A DNA stretch of 64,000 nt, taken from assembly GCA_963782525.1 (NCBI GenBank), contig CAWAKC010000002.1:1-64000 (forward strand), given 5' to 3'. Source of the DNA: Candidatus Bathyarchaeota archaeon (GTDB lineage Archaea; Thermoproteota; Bathyarchaeia; Bathyarchaeales; Bathycorpusculaceae). The notes below the pieces were generated by a model, which made no database searches, was not told the DNA's origin, and saw nothing but the letters and a program-made list of their open reading frames with translations. A program made the translations under genes and the position numbers. Positions 19,226 to 29,207 of the stretch are shown here, piece after piece. The stretch's first letter is position 1. Each line of letters begins with the position of its first letter.

Positions 19226-19483
19226 ATGAATAAAGGCAGACTTTATGAAGAGTTAATTCCAATTGAACAATTATCTTATAAGGGGTATACTACTCCTGAA
19301 CTTGTAAATGCTAAAATAAAACAAATTTTAGATGAAGCTAAAAAAGAAATGCTGCCTTTCACCGAAAAATGGGTTAACACAGAATACGAAAACCCTGATT
19401 GGAAAGCAACCTGTGAAACTATGAACGAGAGAACAATAGCAAGAGAAAAGTGGTTTATAAAATGGTTTGGAGAACAAAAATGA
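19226..19483 (+). CDS. Hypothetical protein, virus-like small ORF
   Basis: Clean ORF ending 'REKWFIKWFGEQK'; overlaps a following short ATG ORF. Confidence 0.55.
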   Translation: MNKGRLYEELIPIEQLSYKGYTTPELVNAKIKQILDEAKKEMLPFTEKWVNTEYENPDWKATCETMNERTIAREKWFIKWFGEQK

Positions 19484-19732
19484 GCGAAGTCAAAAAAGCG
19501 AAAAAAACCGCTGACTGTGTTTGGAAGATGCGTTAATACTAAATAGACCAATTAGAATTGGTTAATAATGCGACTTCCAAATTGACTGCGAAATCAAAAA
19601 GCCGAAAACCCAACGTTCCAGTACCTAATTAAGCTTGGTAACTTAACCTAACTTAACAGTATCAGTCAATTGAAGGTTTTTAAGATTCAAGCCTCTATCG
19701 TTTAATCGACGGTAATAAAAAGGAGTAATATT

Positions 19733-19981
19733 ATGAGTAATTCAAGGCAAGGTGGCGGTTACGAGGGAAAACGTGGTCATGGTAAGGGTTTTAAACGTTG
19801 CCCAGTTATGTTGGGGGAAGAATTAGAAGTAGCAATTACGGAATTGAGCCCCAAAGGAGAAGGCATAGCTAAAAACCAAGGCTTTGTAATTTATGTTGCC
19901 GACACAAAACCTGGAGACCGAGTAAAAATAAAGATCACCCGACTAACTAATAAGGCAGCAAACGGACAAGTAGTCAAATAG
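19733..19981 (+). CDS. TRAM-domain RNA-binding protein
   Basis: 'PV..GEE.EV.I.ELSPKGEGIAK.QGFVIYV.DTKPGDRVKIKIT'; AGGAG SD. Confidence 0.9.
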   Translation: MSNSRQGGGYEGKRGHGKGFKRCPVMLGEELEVAITELSPKGEGIAKNQGFVIYVADTKPGDRVKIKITRLTNKAANGQVVK

Positions 19982-20279
19982 ATTCACCTTGGAAAAAGCG
20001 AACTAAAATTTTGCAAAATCAACAAGTACAATAATAACGATAACTATTTAGTTAAAAATCTCGCTAATTTTCTAAACGAGTTTAAATCATTGTATGACAA
20101 TATATAAGTTGCAAAGTCAGCCGTTTTCAAACAGTTGAAAGTGTTAAGTTTCGAGTCTCTTAATAGTCAAATGTCTCTTATGCGGTTTGACTCTGGGATT
20201 TGGGCGTGTCCTACAAATAAAAAAAAAGCTGACGTTGCTAAAAAAGACTATTAATAAATAAAATTATGGAGAAAATAAC

Positions 20280-21914
20280 ATGGCATATTTAACGCAAACT
20301 AAAAGTGGTCAACCTGTACTCATCTTGAAGGAAGGAACCACTCGAACCAGAGGCAAAGAAGCCCAACGAAACAACATCATGGCAGCCCAAGTGATTGGTG
20401 AAGTACTGAAAACCACTCTAGGCCCACGAGGCATGGATAAAATGCTAATCGACAGCTTAGGAGACATCACCATAACAAACGACGGAGCCACAATTCTGAA
20501 AGAAATGGACGTGGAGCATCCAGCAGCAAAAATGATGATTGAAATCGCCAAAACTCAAGACGACATGGTGGGTGACGGAACCACAACAGTCGTAGTGCTA
20601 GCAAGCGAACTTCTCAAGAAAGCCGAAGAACTCCTTGACCAGAATGTCCACCCAATGATACTCGTTGCTGGATACCGTAAGGCAGCACAAAAAGCAATCG
20701 AAATCATAGCTAAAAACGCTGTGGCCATTGACGTTGAGGATCAAAAAATGATGATGAAAGTTGCTTTAACGGCCATGGGAAGCAAAGCTGTGGGGGGTGC
20801 TAAAGAGCACTTTGCGGAAATAGCTATAGAAGCGATAAGGCAGGTAGCCCAGAAGCACGGGGACAAGACGATAGCCGATATAGATAACATTCAATTGGTG
20901 AAAAAGACGGGAAAAAGCCTCATCGAGACGCAACTAGTCAAAGGAATAATCATAGATAAAGAAGTCGCCCATCCAGGGATGCCCCGAAAGAAAGAGAACG
21001 CAAAAATCGCACTTTTAGATATGGCATTAGAGATTGAAAAAACCGAAATAAGCGCGGAAATACGCATACATGAACCGAACCAGATGAAAGCCTTCCTAGA
21101 TCAAGAGGACAGCACACTCAAAGAGATGGTAACTAAGATCAAAGCTTCAGGAGCGGAAATAGTGTTTTGCCAGAAAGGAATAGATGATATGGTTCAACAC
21201 TACCTTTCTCACGAGGGCATAATGGCTGCTAGGCGCATCAAAGAGTCAGACATGGAAAAGCTGGCGAGAGCAACAGGCGGACGAGTAAGCTCCAACTTGA
21301 ATGATTTAAAGGCGGCAGACTTGGGTTTTGCTGGCTTAGTGGAAGAACGCAAGATCGGCGACGACAAAATGATCTTTGTCGAAAAATGCAAAGATCCACA
21401 TTCAGTAGCCATTCTCATCCGTGCAGGTTTAGAGCGCATGGTGGATGAAGCTGAAAGAGTAATAACCGACGCTTTGTCAGTAATTTCAGACGTCACAGAA
21501 AATAATAAAATCGTGGCTGGCGGCGGGGCAATCGAAATCGAAATCGCTAAAGGACTACGCAACTACTCAACCAAAGTCGGCGGAAGACAGCAACTCGCAG
21601 TAGAAGCTTTCGCAGACGCAGTTGAAGTAATCCCACGTACGCTCGCAGAGAACGGAGGCTTAGAGGCAATCGACATACTCATAGAGTTACGTCAAGTGCA
21701 CGATAAAGAAGACGGCAAATTCATCGGCATTAACGTGTTCACAGGTAAACTGCAAAACAGTATTGAAAACGGCGTCATTGAACCAATCGTCGTCAAAGAG
21801 CAAGCTATACAATCTGCAGCTGAATCAGCAGCCATGATTCTACGTGTAGACGACATTATAACAGCTAAATCTCCAAAGGGCGGTCCAGGTGGACCAGGCG
21901 GCATGGGCGAATAA
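20280..21914 (+). CDS. ths: Thermosome (group II chaperonin) subunit
   Basis: '[12 protein letters not shown]', 'ITNDGATIL', 'GDGTTT', 'AGGGA.E', GGPGGPGGM tail. Confidence 0.97.
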   Translation: MAYLTQTKSGQPVLILKEGTTRTRGKEAQRNNIMAAQVIGEVLKTTLGPRGMDKMLIDSLGDITITNDGATILKEMDVEHPAAKMMIEIAKTQDDMVGDGTTTVVVLASELLKKAEELLDQNVHPMILVAGYRKAAQKAIEIIAKNAVAIDVEDQKMMMKVALTAMGSKAVGGAKEHFAEIAIEAIRQVAQKHGDKTIADIDNIQLVKKTGKSLIETQLVKGIIIDKEVAHPGMPRKKENAKIALLDMALEIEKTEISAEIRIHEPNQMKAFLDQEDSTLKEMVTKIKASGAEIVFCQKGIDDMVQHYLSHEGIMAARRIKESDMEKLARATGGRVSSNLNDLKAADLGFAGLVEERKIGDDKMIFVEKCKDPHSVAILIRAGLERMVDEAERVITDALSVISDVTENNKIVAGGGAIEIEIAKGLRNYSTKVGGRQQLAVEAFADAVEVIPRTLAENGGLEAIDILIELRQVHDKEDGKFIGINVFTGKLQNSIENGVIEPIVVKEQAIQSAAESAAMILRVDDIITAKSPKGGPGGPGGMGE

Positions 21915-21951
21915 TTTTCGTCCTTTACGATAACTTAGAAGTGATTTAGTA

Positions 21952-22047
21952 ATGCCGAAATGTCCAAATTATACAGCGCGCAAAACGGTAGTTTGGAAAA
22001 ATCAGAGCTGCAAAAGAAACAGTGATAGGCAAAAAACCTGCCAATAA
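21952..22047 (+). pseudogene. Internally deleted copy of the Zn-ribbon gene at 15476-15700
   Basis: Starts atgccgaaatgtccaaatt, then jumps to sequence matching the 3' third of 15476-15700 (...aacggtagtttggaaaaatc...gataggcaaaaaacctgccaataa). Confidence 0.75.
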
Positions 22048-22138
22048 CCATCATCTAAGGTATTTTGGGGTCAAGCTTAATTGGTTTCTTAAAATATGCA
22101 AGAAATAGTGAGTAAGCATAAAAATGCCTCTCTACTAA

Positions 22139-22711
22139 CTATTTCACTTCTACTTTGTGCTTTTTAGGCGCTGGTACAACGGTCTTCTTTGGGATGCAAA
22201 CTTCAAGTAATCCGTCTTTAAATGTGGATTCTGCTTTCTCCGGGATTACTTCTTCGGGGAACGAGAGCTGTTTGTAAACATGCGAGTAAACGCGTTCTCT
22301 AACAACAAAGTTCTTCTGCTTGTCTTCCTTTTCAACGTCTGTTTCAGCCGAGATTTCAATACCCTCGTTGGTCAGGGCAACGTCAATCTTGTCTTTCGCT
22401 ACGCCAGGCAATTCAGCATGCACCACAAACCTGTTTCCCTCATCAACCAAATCTACAGTTGCCTCACGAACTGGAGCATAAGGTTCAACACTTACCCAAT
22501 CCCATGGAAAAGCTACGCTTTCAATAAAATTTCTTCGAAAATCCTCAACCAAATCGTCAAAAGTCGTTAGAACATGAACTGCGGGAAGGTGCTTTGCAGG
22601 AACGCGTTTGGCGGGAAGGTGTTTAGCAGGAATATTTTTTGTTGGTTTTACTGCGATTTCAGCTTTTTCAATCGCTTTCACCGGTGCCTTTTTTTCTTCT
22701 TCTTTAATCAT
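22139..22711 (-). CDS. hsp20: Small heat-shock protein Hsp20 with N-terminal PAKxx repeats
   Basis: 'VDLVDEG..FVVHAELPGV.KDKIDV', 'RER', 'FKDGLLEV.IPK'; GAGGTGA SD before ATG 22711. Confidence 0.93.
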   Translation of the reverse strand: MIKEEEKKAPVKAIEKAEIAVKPTKNIPAKHLPAKRVPAKHLPAVHVLTTFDDLVEDFRRNFIESVAFPWDWVSVEPYAPVREATVDLVDEGNRFVVHAELPGVAKDKIDVALTNEGIEISAETDVEKEDKQKNFVVRERVYSHVYKQLSFPEEVIPEKAESTFKDGLLEVCIPKKTVVPAPKKHKVEVK

Positions 22712-22852
22712 TTTTTTCACCTCTATTAATCTTATTACCATGATAGTAACCTTGAATTATCCCAGTTCTTTCTGCAACTGCGTCCCACTGCAATTTCTTT
22801 GGAGATTTTTCAAATCCCTTTACTAAACTCGTACTGAAAACCATAAATGCTT

Positions 22853-23014
22853 CTATCGTTGATCTTTTAGCAATTGCAGTCGTTTAGCGACTTCTTTGGA
22901 AACTTTTTCTAAGCCCTCAGCCAAATCTAACTGATCCACTTCATCTATAGGGTACCATTTCCCTTCTTTGTCGATGAAAACAATTTCCAATTTTCCAACT
23001 TTTCTATTGACCAT
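22853..23014 (-). CDS. Small hypothetical protein
   Basis: MVNRKVGKLEIVFIDKEGKWYP...; GAGGTGG SD. Confidence 0.6.
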   Translation of the reverse strand: MVNRKVGKLEIVFIDKEGKWYPIDEVDQLDLAEGLEKVSKEVAKRLQLLKDQR

Positions 23015-23245
23015 AATTTCCACCTCAGTGAACAAAATTCTTTTTCTACGAATATCTAACTTTTTTTATTGTAACCGATTGAATCAAATAATTCTTTGAA
23101 CACCTATTCTAAAAGGGATCTCAAAGTTAGATTGCCCATAATTCCCTGTTTTGAGGGTTTTCGAGGCTAACTGGCTCCCTGCGCCCATTGCCGAGGCACT
23201 CTTAATAATTTAGTTATTTGGGTTTAGGAGGGGCGACTTCACTCT

Positions 23246-23389
23246 TTACTGGTTTTTGTTGATCCATGTTTTTACTGCTTCTTGGACAGCTTTGGATAAG
23301 TCGCCTTTTTTGCCTCCGAATCTTTCTACGGTTTTTAATCTTAGCTGTTTTTCTAAGTCGTCTGAAATGTCAACGTTGATGCGGCCCAA
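23246..23389 (-). CDS. Ribbon-helix-helix (CopG-like) protein, 47 aa; not in the ORF track
   Basis: TTG start: MGRINVDISDDLEKQLRLKTVERFGGKKGDLSKAVQEAVKTWINKNQ. Confidence 0.8.
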   Translation of the reverse strand: MGRINVDISDDLEKQLRLKTVERFGGKKGDLSKAVQEAVKTWINKNQ

Positions 23390-23752
23390 GTTTTAATCAC
23401 TTTTTGTTTGTTATGTGTTTTTGAAATAAGCGAGTCACGATTTTTCGTATTTGGTTTTTATTTTTATCATGTTTTAGTTCGCTTATTTATATTAACATAT
23501 AAGTGCATACTCACTTATAAGTTTATGTGTTTAAGTGAATAAATTCTCAAGCACGTAAGTTGGACACGACGCCTTTCCCTCGCGGCGATTTTCCGATCTT
23601 AGCATTTTTCAAGTTTGATTTTAGCCTCCGCTGAGCAAGGAGGTTCAAGATAGTATCTGATGGCTTGTTTGTTGTCTCTTTCAGGTGCCAACAAAACATC
23701 AAATACTCTTTTTCACTATAAACGTGAGTTTAAAAAAATGCTGGAGACTTTC

Positions 23753-23878
23753 ATGGCAAGATGTCCAAAATGCAATGAAGAAATTGCAAAACCAGATAAA
23801 TCGCTTAAAAACCACTCTTTCCAAATAGAATCTTACACATGCCCTAAATGCAAACAACAATTTAAAATTGCTAATTAA
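23753..23878 (+). CDS. 41-aa Zn-ribbon microprotein
   Basis: MARCPKC...YTCPKCKQQF; GGAG upstream. Confidence 0.75.
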   Translation: MARCPKCNEEIAKPDKSLKNHSFQIESYTCPKCKQQFKIAN

Positions 23879-24114
23879 CTATTTTTTGTTGCACGAAAAA
23901 CTAATAGTCCATTAATAGTGACCATTTCTAAACCGTGGTTAGCAACTATTTTTTCCAAGCACAGAACCTCTGACGGATGAGGGATGGAATTAACATGAAG
24001 TTCCCAACTGTCAATTTTCTTATTTTTCTCTATGGATACTGATTGTGCATCATGGAATGACCCGCAAACAGCCGCCATTTCCTTCAATAGTAAGACTGCC
24101 TCTTGCCGATTCAT
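23875..24114 (-). CDS. Small hypothetical protein, 'MxRxEA..LLKE' family
   Basis: Similar layout to 28971-29207 and 53833-54071. Confidence 0.65.
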   Translation of the reverse strand: MNRQEAVLLLKEMAAVCGSFHDAQSVSIEKNKKIDSWELHVNSIPHPSEVLCLEKIVANHGLEMVTINGLLVFRATKNS

Positions 24115-24688
24115 CGGTTACTCTCTTCCCCTTGATCCGGGTTCGTACATAACCAATTTAAAGCTTACCCACCAAACCTAAAAAAACTGATTAGGCCTTT
24201 TGAAGCAGGTATTTTTCTTCTGAGGATGATTTGTTTGAGTTATACGAAAAAATTAGAAAGCCTATAGAGTTTCTTGCAAAGAGTTAAGACCTATTGTGAT
24301 TGCCTAAAACACGTCTGCCTTTCTTAAAGAAGGTTAACCAGCCTGGAAATGCCCGAACGAACCTTGAATAATTGGGAATAATTAAAATTATTTAGTCTCA
24401 GATTTCAACATGGACTCAAGTGTTCGGTCGTGGTACAACATAATGGTGAAGGGGTTACAGTGATACGATGAATGTTCGGGTACACGGGTTAAAAAAGCCT
24501 TGACATAGTTGAAGATTATTAACCAATTACAAAATGTGGTACAATCGAGCTATTCTTGGGAAAATAGTAGAAGTCAAAAAATCAAAACTGTGCGAGAAGG
24601 AATTAGAAAAGTTTTTTCGAAAAATGGTAGCAGTTGCTCGGTCATAAAAGAAAAAGAAAGATTCTGGGTTTTACCTGTGTTTTAGTTT

Positions 24689-24940
24689 CTTAATGCGTCA
24701 CGACGAAACCAGTCCACGATGCCGTAGTTACGCTTGTAGGTTGATCGTAAGAGAACACGAGTGTTTGTCCAGCGAAACTGCCGAAACCTCTAAGCACGCA
24801 ATGCACAGTTAATTGTGAAACTGCCAAGTTGTAAACTGTTGGTGGGAAAGGGTTACTGCTGTATACTTGACGTATACGTCGTCTTTGAATCCATCACTGG
24901 AATTGATTGTTTCGGTTGCATTTGATTGATAGAAAAAGAT
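24689..24940 (-). pseudogene. Frameshifted C-terminal remnant of a probable secreted protein
   Basis: Minus-strand frames read 'FFYQSNATETINSSDGFKDDVYVKY' then 'LTVHCVLRGFGSFAGQTLVFSYDQP...WTGFVVTH*'; no intact start. Confidence 0.3.
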
Positions 24941-25013
24941 CTTCTTGTAACTGTGAATGCACACTCACAATACTATATTTACAATCAACCCATTGCTAGT
25001 TTAGGTGTAAGTT

Positions 25014-25187
25014 TTGTCGAAAGCACAACCTCATCCGGGTCATGAAAATCACCTCTGCAAAATGGTAGAGGACAAAGTACCTATAGAAAAGATTAAGCCA
25101 CTTGTGAAAGATGCGAAATACATCTGCAAAGAATGCATGCGTACAGCTGCAAAAGCAGAAAACCTCTGCGCCCCAGAACCCCTCTAA
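25014..25187 (+). CDS. 57-aa His/Cys metal-binding microprotein; not in the ORF track
   Basis: MSKAQPHPGHENHLCKM...LVKDAKYICKECMRTAAKAENLCAPEPL; AGGTG SD; T-run after the stop. Confidence 0.75.
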   Translation: MSKAQPHPGHENHLCKMVEDKVPIEKIKPLVKDAKYICKECMRTAAKAENLCAPEPL

Positions 25188-25310
25188 CCCTTCTTTTTTT
25201 TACCATAGAAAGTAATCAAAAAAATGAGCTCAAAATTCTTTTTTTAATTTTATTTAAATCAAAATTACCGCAACTTTGATTAACGACATGCGAATATTAA
25301 TATTTAATAT

Positions 25311-25439
25311 ATGCCATCATCGTGTTTTGGAAAATTCAAGTGCTTAGAAGAACAAAAACTAACATGTAAAGACGCTGACTTATGCGAAATCAAACAAATC
25401 GAAAAACAATACCAAACCTTCGCTAAACAATTTGTTTAG
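25311..25439 (+). CDS. 42-aa Cys-rich microprotein; not in the ORF track
   Basis: MPSSCFGKFKCLEEQKLTCKDADLCEIKQ... Confidence 0.45.
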   Translation: MPSSCFGKFKCLEEQKLTCKDADLCEIKQIEKQYQTFAKQFV

Positions 25440-25675
25440 CCCAATCTTTGCAAAGAAGCTTTACCTGCTCCTTTACTGCGAAGGTGGTTTTATTCTTGTT
25501 TATTTTTGCGGATAACGTGTTATAATGTTTTTTTGCGACAAATAATGATTGAAACAGCTTTTTAGCAAGCAAGATGGCTTAATTAGTGATATCCAAAAGG
25601 CAGCCGAGAGAAAACTAATAAATATTGTTTCTTGTTCAATTTAATGTTAGGACTCTATTTTTGGAAGGTTAGATA

Positions 25676-26404
25676 ATGAATAACACTGTAGGAGACGTTT
25701 TCCAAATCGAGACAAAGTACCTGCGCAACAAAGGCCTTGGCGGAAATCTGGACTGGGCAAATAAGCCTGAAATCTACAAGGGCTATCCAACCAGTAAAAC
25801 AATTCAGCTGCCAAACCCACTCCAAAAAGCAACTCCCAGCTTTGTTGAAGTTCTTCAAAAACGCAAGAGCATACGATCCTTCTCAACACAGCCCTTGAGC
25901 AAAGTTGATTTGGCTTTTCTTCTATGGGCCTCTACTGGTATACAAAGAGCTGAACACGGTTACGCGTTCCGTACAGCTCCGTCGGCTGGAGCATTATATC
26001 CTATCGAGACATACATAGCTGCAAACAACGTGGAAGATGTGGAGAAAGGAGTTTATCACTATAACATACAGAATCATTTGTTGGAAGAAATAGTACTTGG
26101 AGATTTTGGAGTCAAATTAGCCCACGCAGCCTTGGATCAAGAGATGTGTGCAGACGCTTCCACTGTCTTCATTTGGACGGCTGTTTTTAGGAGATCAAAG
26201 TGGAAATATTCCCAGAGAGCCTACCGGTACATCTATTTGGATGCAGGACACATTGCACAAAATTTGGCGTTGGCGGCAGCAAGCATCACTTGTGGGTCCT
26301 GTCAAGTTGGGGCTTTTTTTGATGATGAAGTTAATTCGATAGTGGGTATAGACGGAATCGAAGAGAGCATAATCTGTCTTAGCGTAGTTGGATATCCCAA
26401 ATGA
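25676..26404 (+). CDS. SagB/ThcOx-family nitroreductase (FMN-dependent dehydrogenase)
   Basis: 'KRKSIRSF', 'RTAPSAGALYPIETY', 'RAYRYIYLDAGHIAQNL', 'GAFFDDEV'. Confidence 0.92.
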   Translation: MNNTVGDVFQIETKYLRNKGLGGNLDWANKPEIYKGYPTSKTIQLPNPLQKATPSFVEVLQKRKSIRSFSTQPLSKVDLAFLLWASTGIQRAEHGYAFRTAPSAGALYPIETYIAANNVEDVEKGVYHYNIQNHLLEEIVLGDFGVKLAHAALDQEMCADASTVFIWTAVFRRSKWKYSQRAYRYIYLDAGHIAQNLALAAASITCGSCQVGAFFDDEVNSIVGIDGIEESIICLSVVGYPK

Positions 26405-26524
26405 CCTTCGACTTGGCATTTTCCATTTCATAAACTATTGTCATCTTAAGATCACGACTGCCTCGCCCTCTTTTGGGGTAAGCAACTCGAACAACCTTGA
26501 TTCCAAATAAACCCCTCTTCACAA

Positions 26525-27805
26525 TTACTTAATATCTTTGGCAAGCAGTCGTACTGCATTCAAAGCTGACAAAGCCGACGTTTCCATGCTTGAGACCGAA
26601 GGCTCAACTGCATTGATATACATGAACCGTTTATCAATACGTGTTGAAGGCAGCTTAGTGACTGGCTTGAATATAGGGTAGGCGGCTTTCCAACAATGTT
26701 CCAAAACCGTAACTCCGCCACTTTTGAATACACCGTTGAATATGTTGGAATCAAAGGGGTTTGGTGAAGAAATTGTCACCAATGACTCGCCATTGCTTGC
26801 TTTTTGAATGCCAAAGTGAGTTATTGGATCTGCATCTTTTGTAGTCAACACTATAGCTGGAGGGTTAGCTGATTTTTTCAGCCCGAAGTAGTCTGGATCA
26901 AAAATGCCCTTCATAACCCGCCTGTATACAGCCTGATAAGGCTGAGGTGCCCGGCTATGCAGGGATAAGCCGTTAAATTCTATGTCAGCAAGTTCTAAGG
27001 GCGTAGCGACAATAACGCTGTCGAAAACCTCCGTCTCAGTTTTTGTGTATAAAAGGTAAGTTCCTTTAGAAGTCTTTTCTATCCTGTCAACTTTTTGACC
27101 CAATTTAATCGCCGCTTTCGAAGCATTCGCAAGGCTAACGGGCAAACTGCTGTTACCCTCAGCCAAACTATAGGTTGGTCCTGAGTAAACACCAATCAAA
27201 GCCGAAAGCCCGGCGAAGCCCCCCAAGTCTGCGTTCTGAGAGTATATGACCCTTGTAATTGGCGTTACAACTTCATCAATGAAGGCTTGGCTTACACCTC
27301 TCTCAATCAATTCTTCCAAAAAAGACATTTTGGGCCATTTATCAAGACCTGCGGATTCAAAAAGTTCTTCGAAGTCGGAGGGATTTTTTTGTTCTTCTTG
27401 GTATAGGTTGGCCACTTGTCCTTTTACTTTTTTGAGAAGCAAGAAAGTTCGCGCTAAGCTCAGCCTATATTTAGAAAGAAGGCTAAAGATAGTGGCAAAG
27501 GATTGCTTGTTTGACCTAAAAACAACTTCTGAGCCATTCCAAACCGCAAAATCTTTGGGTTCTTCAACGGGTGCTATTTTTAGTCGCTCAGCTTTTATTG
27601 TGCCTAAAAGCGTCCTGTTGAAACGGTTGAAGAATGCAGCGCCCATTTCTATGCTGACGCCAGATTCATTGTATGTTCGGATTCTACCGCCTATTCTGTT
27701 TTGAGAATCGAAGATTGTCACGTTTAGGTTTGGAAGGTATTTGCGTGCAAAATAGGCAGCTGAACAACCGCCTATACCAGCACCAACGATTGCTAAATTC
27801 GCCAT
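26525..27805 (-). CDS. FAD-dependent oxidoreductase, prenylcysteine oxidase/lyase (PCYOX1)-like
   Basis: 'AIVGAGIGGCSAAYF', 'IGGR', 'FIDEVVTPITRVIYSQ', 'DSVIVATPL', 'W.AAYP.FKP', 'YINAVEPSVSSMETSALSALNAVRLL'. Confidence 0.8.
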   Translation of the reverse strand: MANLAIVGAGIGGCSAAYFARKYLPNLNVTIFDSQNRIGGRIRTYNESGVSIEMGAAFFNRFNRTLLGTIKAERLKIAPVEEPKDFAVWNGSEVVFRSNKQSFATIFSLLSKYRLSLARTFLLLKKVKGQVANLYQEEQKNPSDFEELFESAGLDKWPKMSFLEELIERGVSQAFIDEVVTPITRVIYSQNADLGGFAGLSALIGVYSGPTYSLAEGNSSLPVSLANASKAAIKLGQKVDRIEKTSKGTYLLYTKTETEVFDSVIVATPLELADIEFNGLSLHSRAPQPYQAVYRRVMKGIFDPDYFGLKKSANPPAIVLTTKDADPITHFGIQKASNGESLVTISSPNPFDSNIFNGVFKSGGVTVLEHCWKAAYPIFKPVTKLPSTRIDKRFMYINAVEPSVSSMETSALSALNAVRLLAKDIK

Positions 27806-27984
27806 CTCATATTCGGAAATATATGCTCAAATAATAAGATAAACCTAAGTGTAGAGATGTGCAGTGTGAAAGTTAGTTGCCACCTAATGGTTCTGTTGCT
27901 GGCTTAGCAACAGCTAAGCTCAAAGAACTGCGCCCTTAATTTTCGCAGTGAACATTTAGCACACTACTCTATGAGCAATATTTT

Positions 27985-28881
27985 CTATAATATTGGGTTT
28001 ATTTTCAACAAGCTGCTCAGCATTAGGCTTAGAGTGAACACAATAGCTACGATCACAAAATCCTTGGATAACACTTCGCCTAATTTGAAGAGTTTTTGTG
28101 TGTCTGCTTTGTCTTTTTTGAATAGTGTTTGCCTTTTTTGGATTAAACGCAAAGTGATGAAGCTCGCAAGAGTCACCAAGGTAGCATAGTAAATAATTGA
28201 CAGCTGAAATAATACGCCTACTAGAACCATAAGTGGAATCATGACGTATCCCAATGTGACAGTTAAGAATAAGCCACGTCTAAAACCCAAAATAATCGGT
28301 ATAGTTCTTGAGCCACTGTGGAAGTCCGAGGCAAAATCAGCCAAATCCTCCCACAAACTGTTCACTGCTGTTGTTACGCCGATAAGCAAAATCAATATTA
28401 TTATGTTAATTGAAAACAAGTTGAAGAACGCTGCAATAATCATAATCGGAACCGCACCCACTGTAAAGTTAATGATTGGTTTGTAGGTGGTTTTTCGCAG
28501 TCTGAAGGGTGGAACGGAATAGATCACTCCAAAAAAGATGCCTATACCCACAAATAGTAGCACAAACGGCATCAATGTTGCAGCACCCAACATTAGGGAC
28601 AGGGTGGTAAACGCAACCGCGATAAAGAAACCAAACTTACCCAACTTCTTAGTGAACTTAGCCCGCACTGGATCAGACAAAACATCCAAGTCCACATCAC
28701 AAATGTTATTCATGGCATCAACAGCACTCCAAATACAAAAAACGATTACACCAAGAAAAAGCGCTGCAGGCCAAACGAGCGCTTGGCCCATAAGAAATGT
28801 TGTTCCAACTGAAATCATGAAGAGCATCAGTCCCCGTTCAACAGAGATAAATTGGGCAAAGCCCTTCAAATCTTGGAGCAT
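27985..28881 (-). CDS. UbiA-family prenyltransferase
   Basis: 'MNNICDVDLD', 'YSVPPFRLRK', 'EDLADFASD..SG.RTIP' motifs; about 8 TM segments. Confidence 0.88.
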   Translation of the reverse strand: MLQDLKGFAQFISVERGLMLFMISVGTTFLMGQALVWPAALFLGVIVFCIWSAVDAMNNICDVDLDVLSDPVRAKFTKKLGKFGFFIAVAFTTLSLMLGAATLMPFVLLFVGIGIFFGVIYSVPPFRLRKTTYKPIINFTVGAVPIMIIAAFFNLFSINIIILILLIGVTTAVNSLWEDLADFASDFHSGSRTIPIILGFRRGLFLTVTLGYVMIPLMVLVGVLFQLSIIYYATLVTLASFITLRLIQKRQTLFKKDKADTQKLFKLGEVLSKDFVIVAIVFTLSLMLSSLLKINPIL

Positions 28882-28970
28882 GCCAACTTAGAAAAAACAC
28901 ACTTTCTTAAGCTTTTCACATCAAGAAACCGATTGTACCCTTATAAAATGTTTTGAGGGCTTGATGCATA

Positions 28971-29207
28971 ATGGAAAAAACCCAGGCTTTATTTACTATG
29001 CATGAAATGGTGGTTGCACTAAATGGTTCTCCAATTGCAAAACATGTCTGCTTAGATTCAGACCCAAAGATTTGTAAATCGGCCAATGACTACGTTATAA
29101 CGATAAAACGTGATTTAGATGATAATTCTCTTAAAATTATTGAGCCTATACTGAAAAATCGTAACTTGAAAATCGAAAAAAGAGAAGATATGTTAGTAAT
29201 TCATTAA
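28971..29207 (+). CDS. Small hypothetical protein, same family as 23875-24114
   Basis: 'MEKTQAL..MHEM...Y.I.IK...IEPILKNRNLKIE....LVIH'. Confidence 0.6.
   Translation: MEKTQALFTMHEMVVALNGSPIAKHVCLDSDPKICKSANDYVITIKRDLDDNSLKIIEPILKNRNLKIEKREDMLVIH

Noticed and set aside
25014-26404. TOMM/RiPP biosynthetic cluster
   Set aside because: No YcaO, E1-like protein, protease or exporter; stand-alone SagB-like nitroreductases are common
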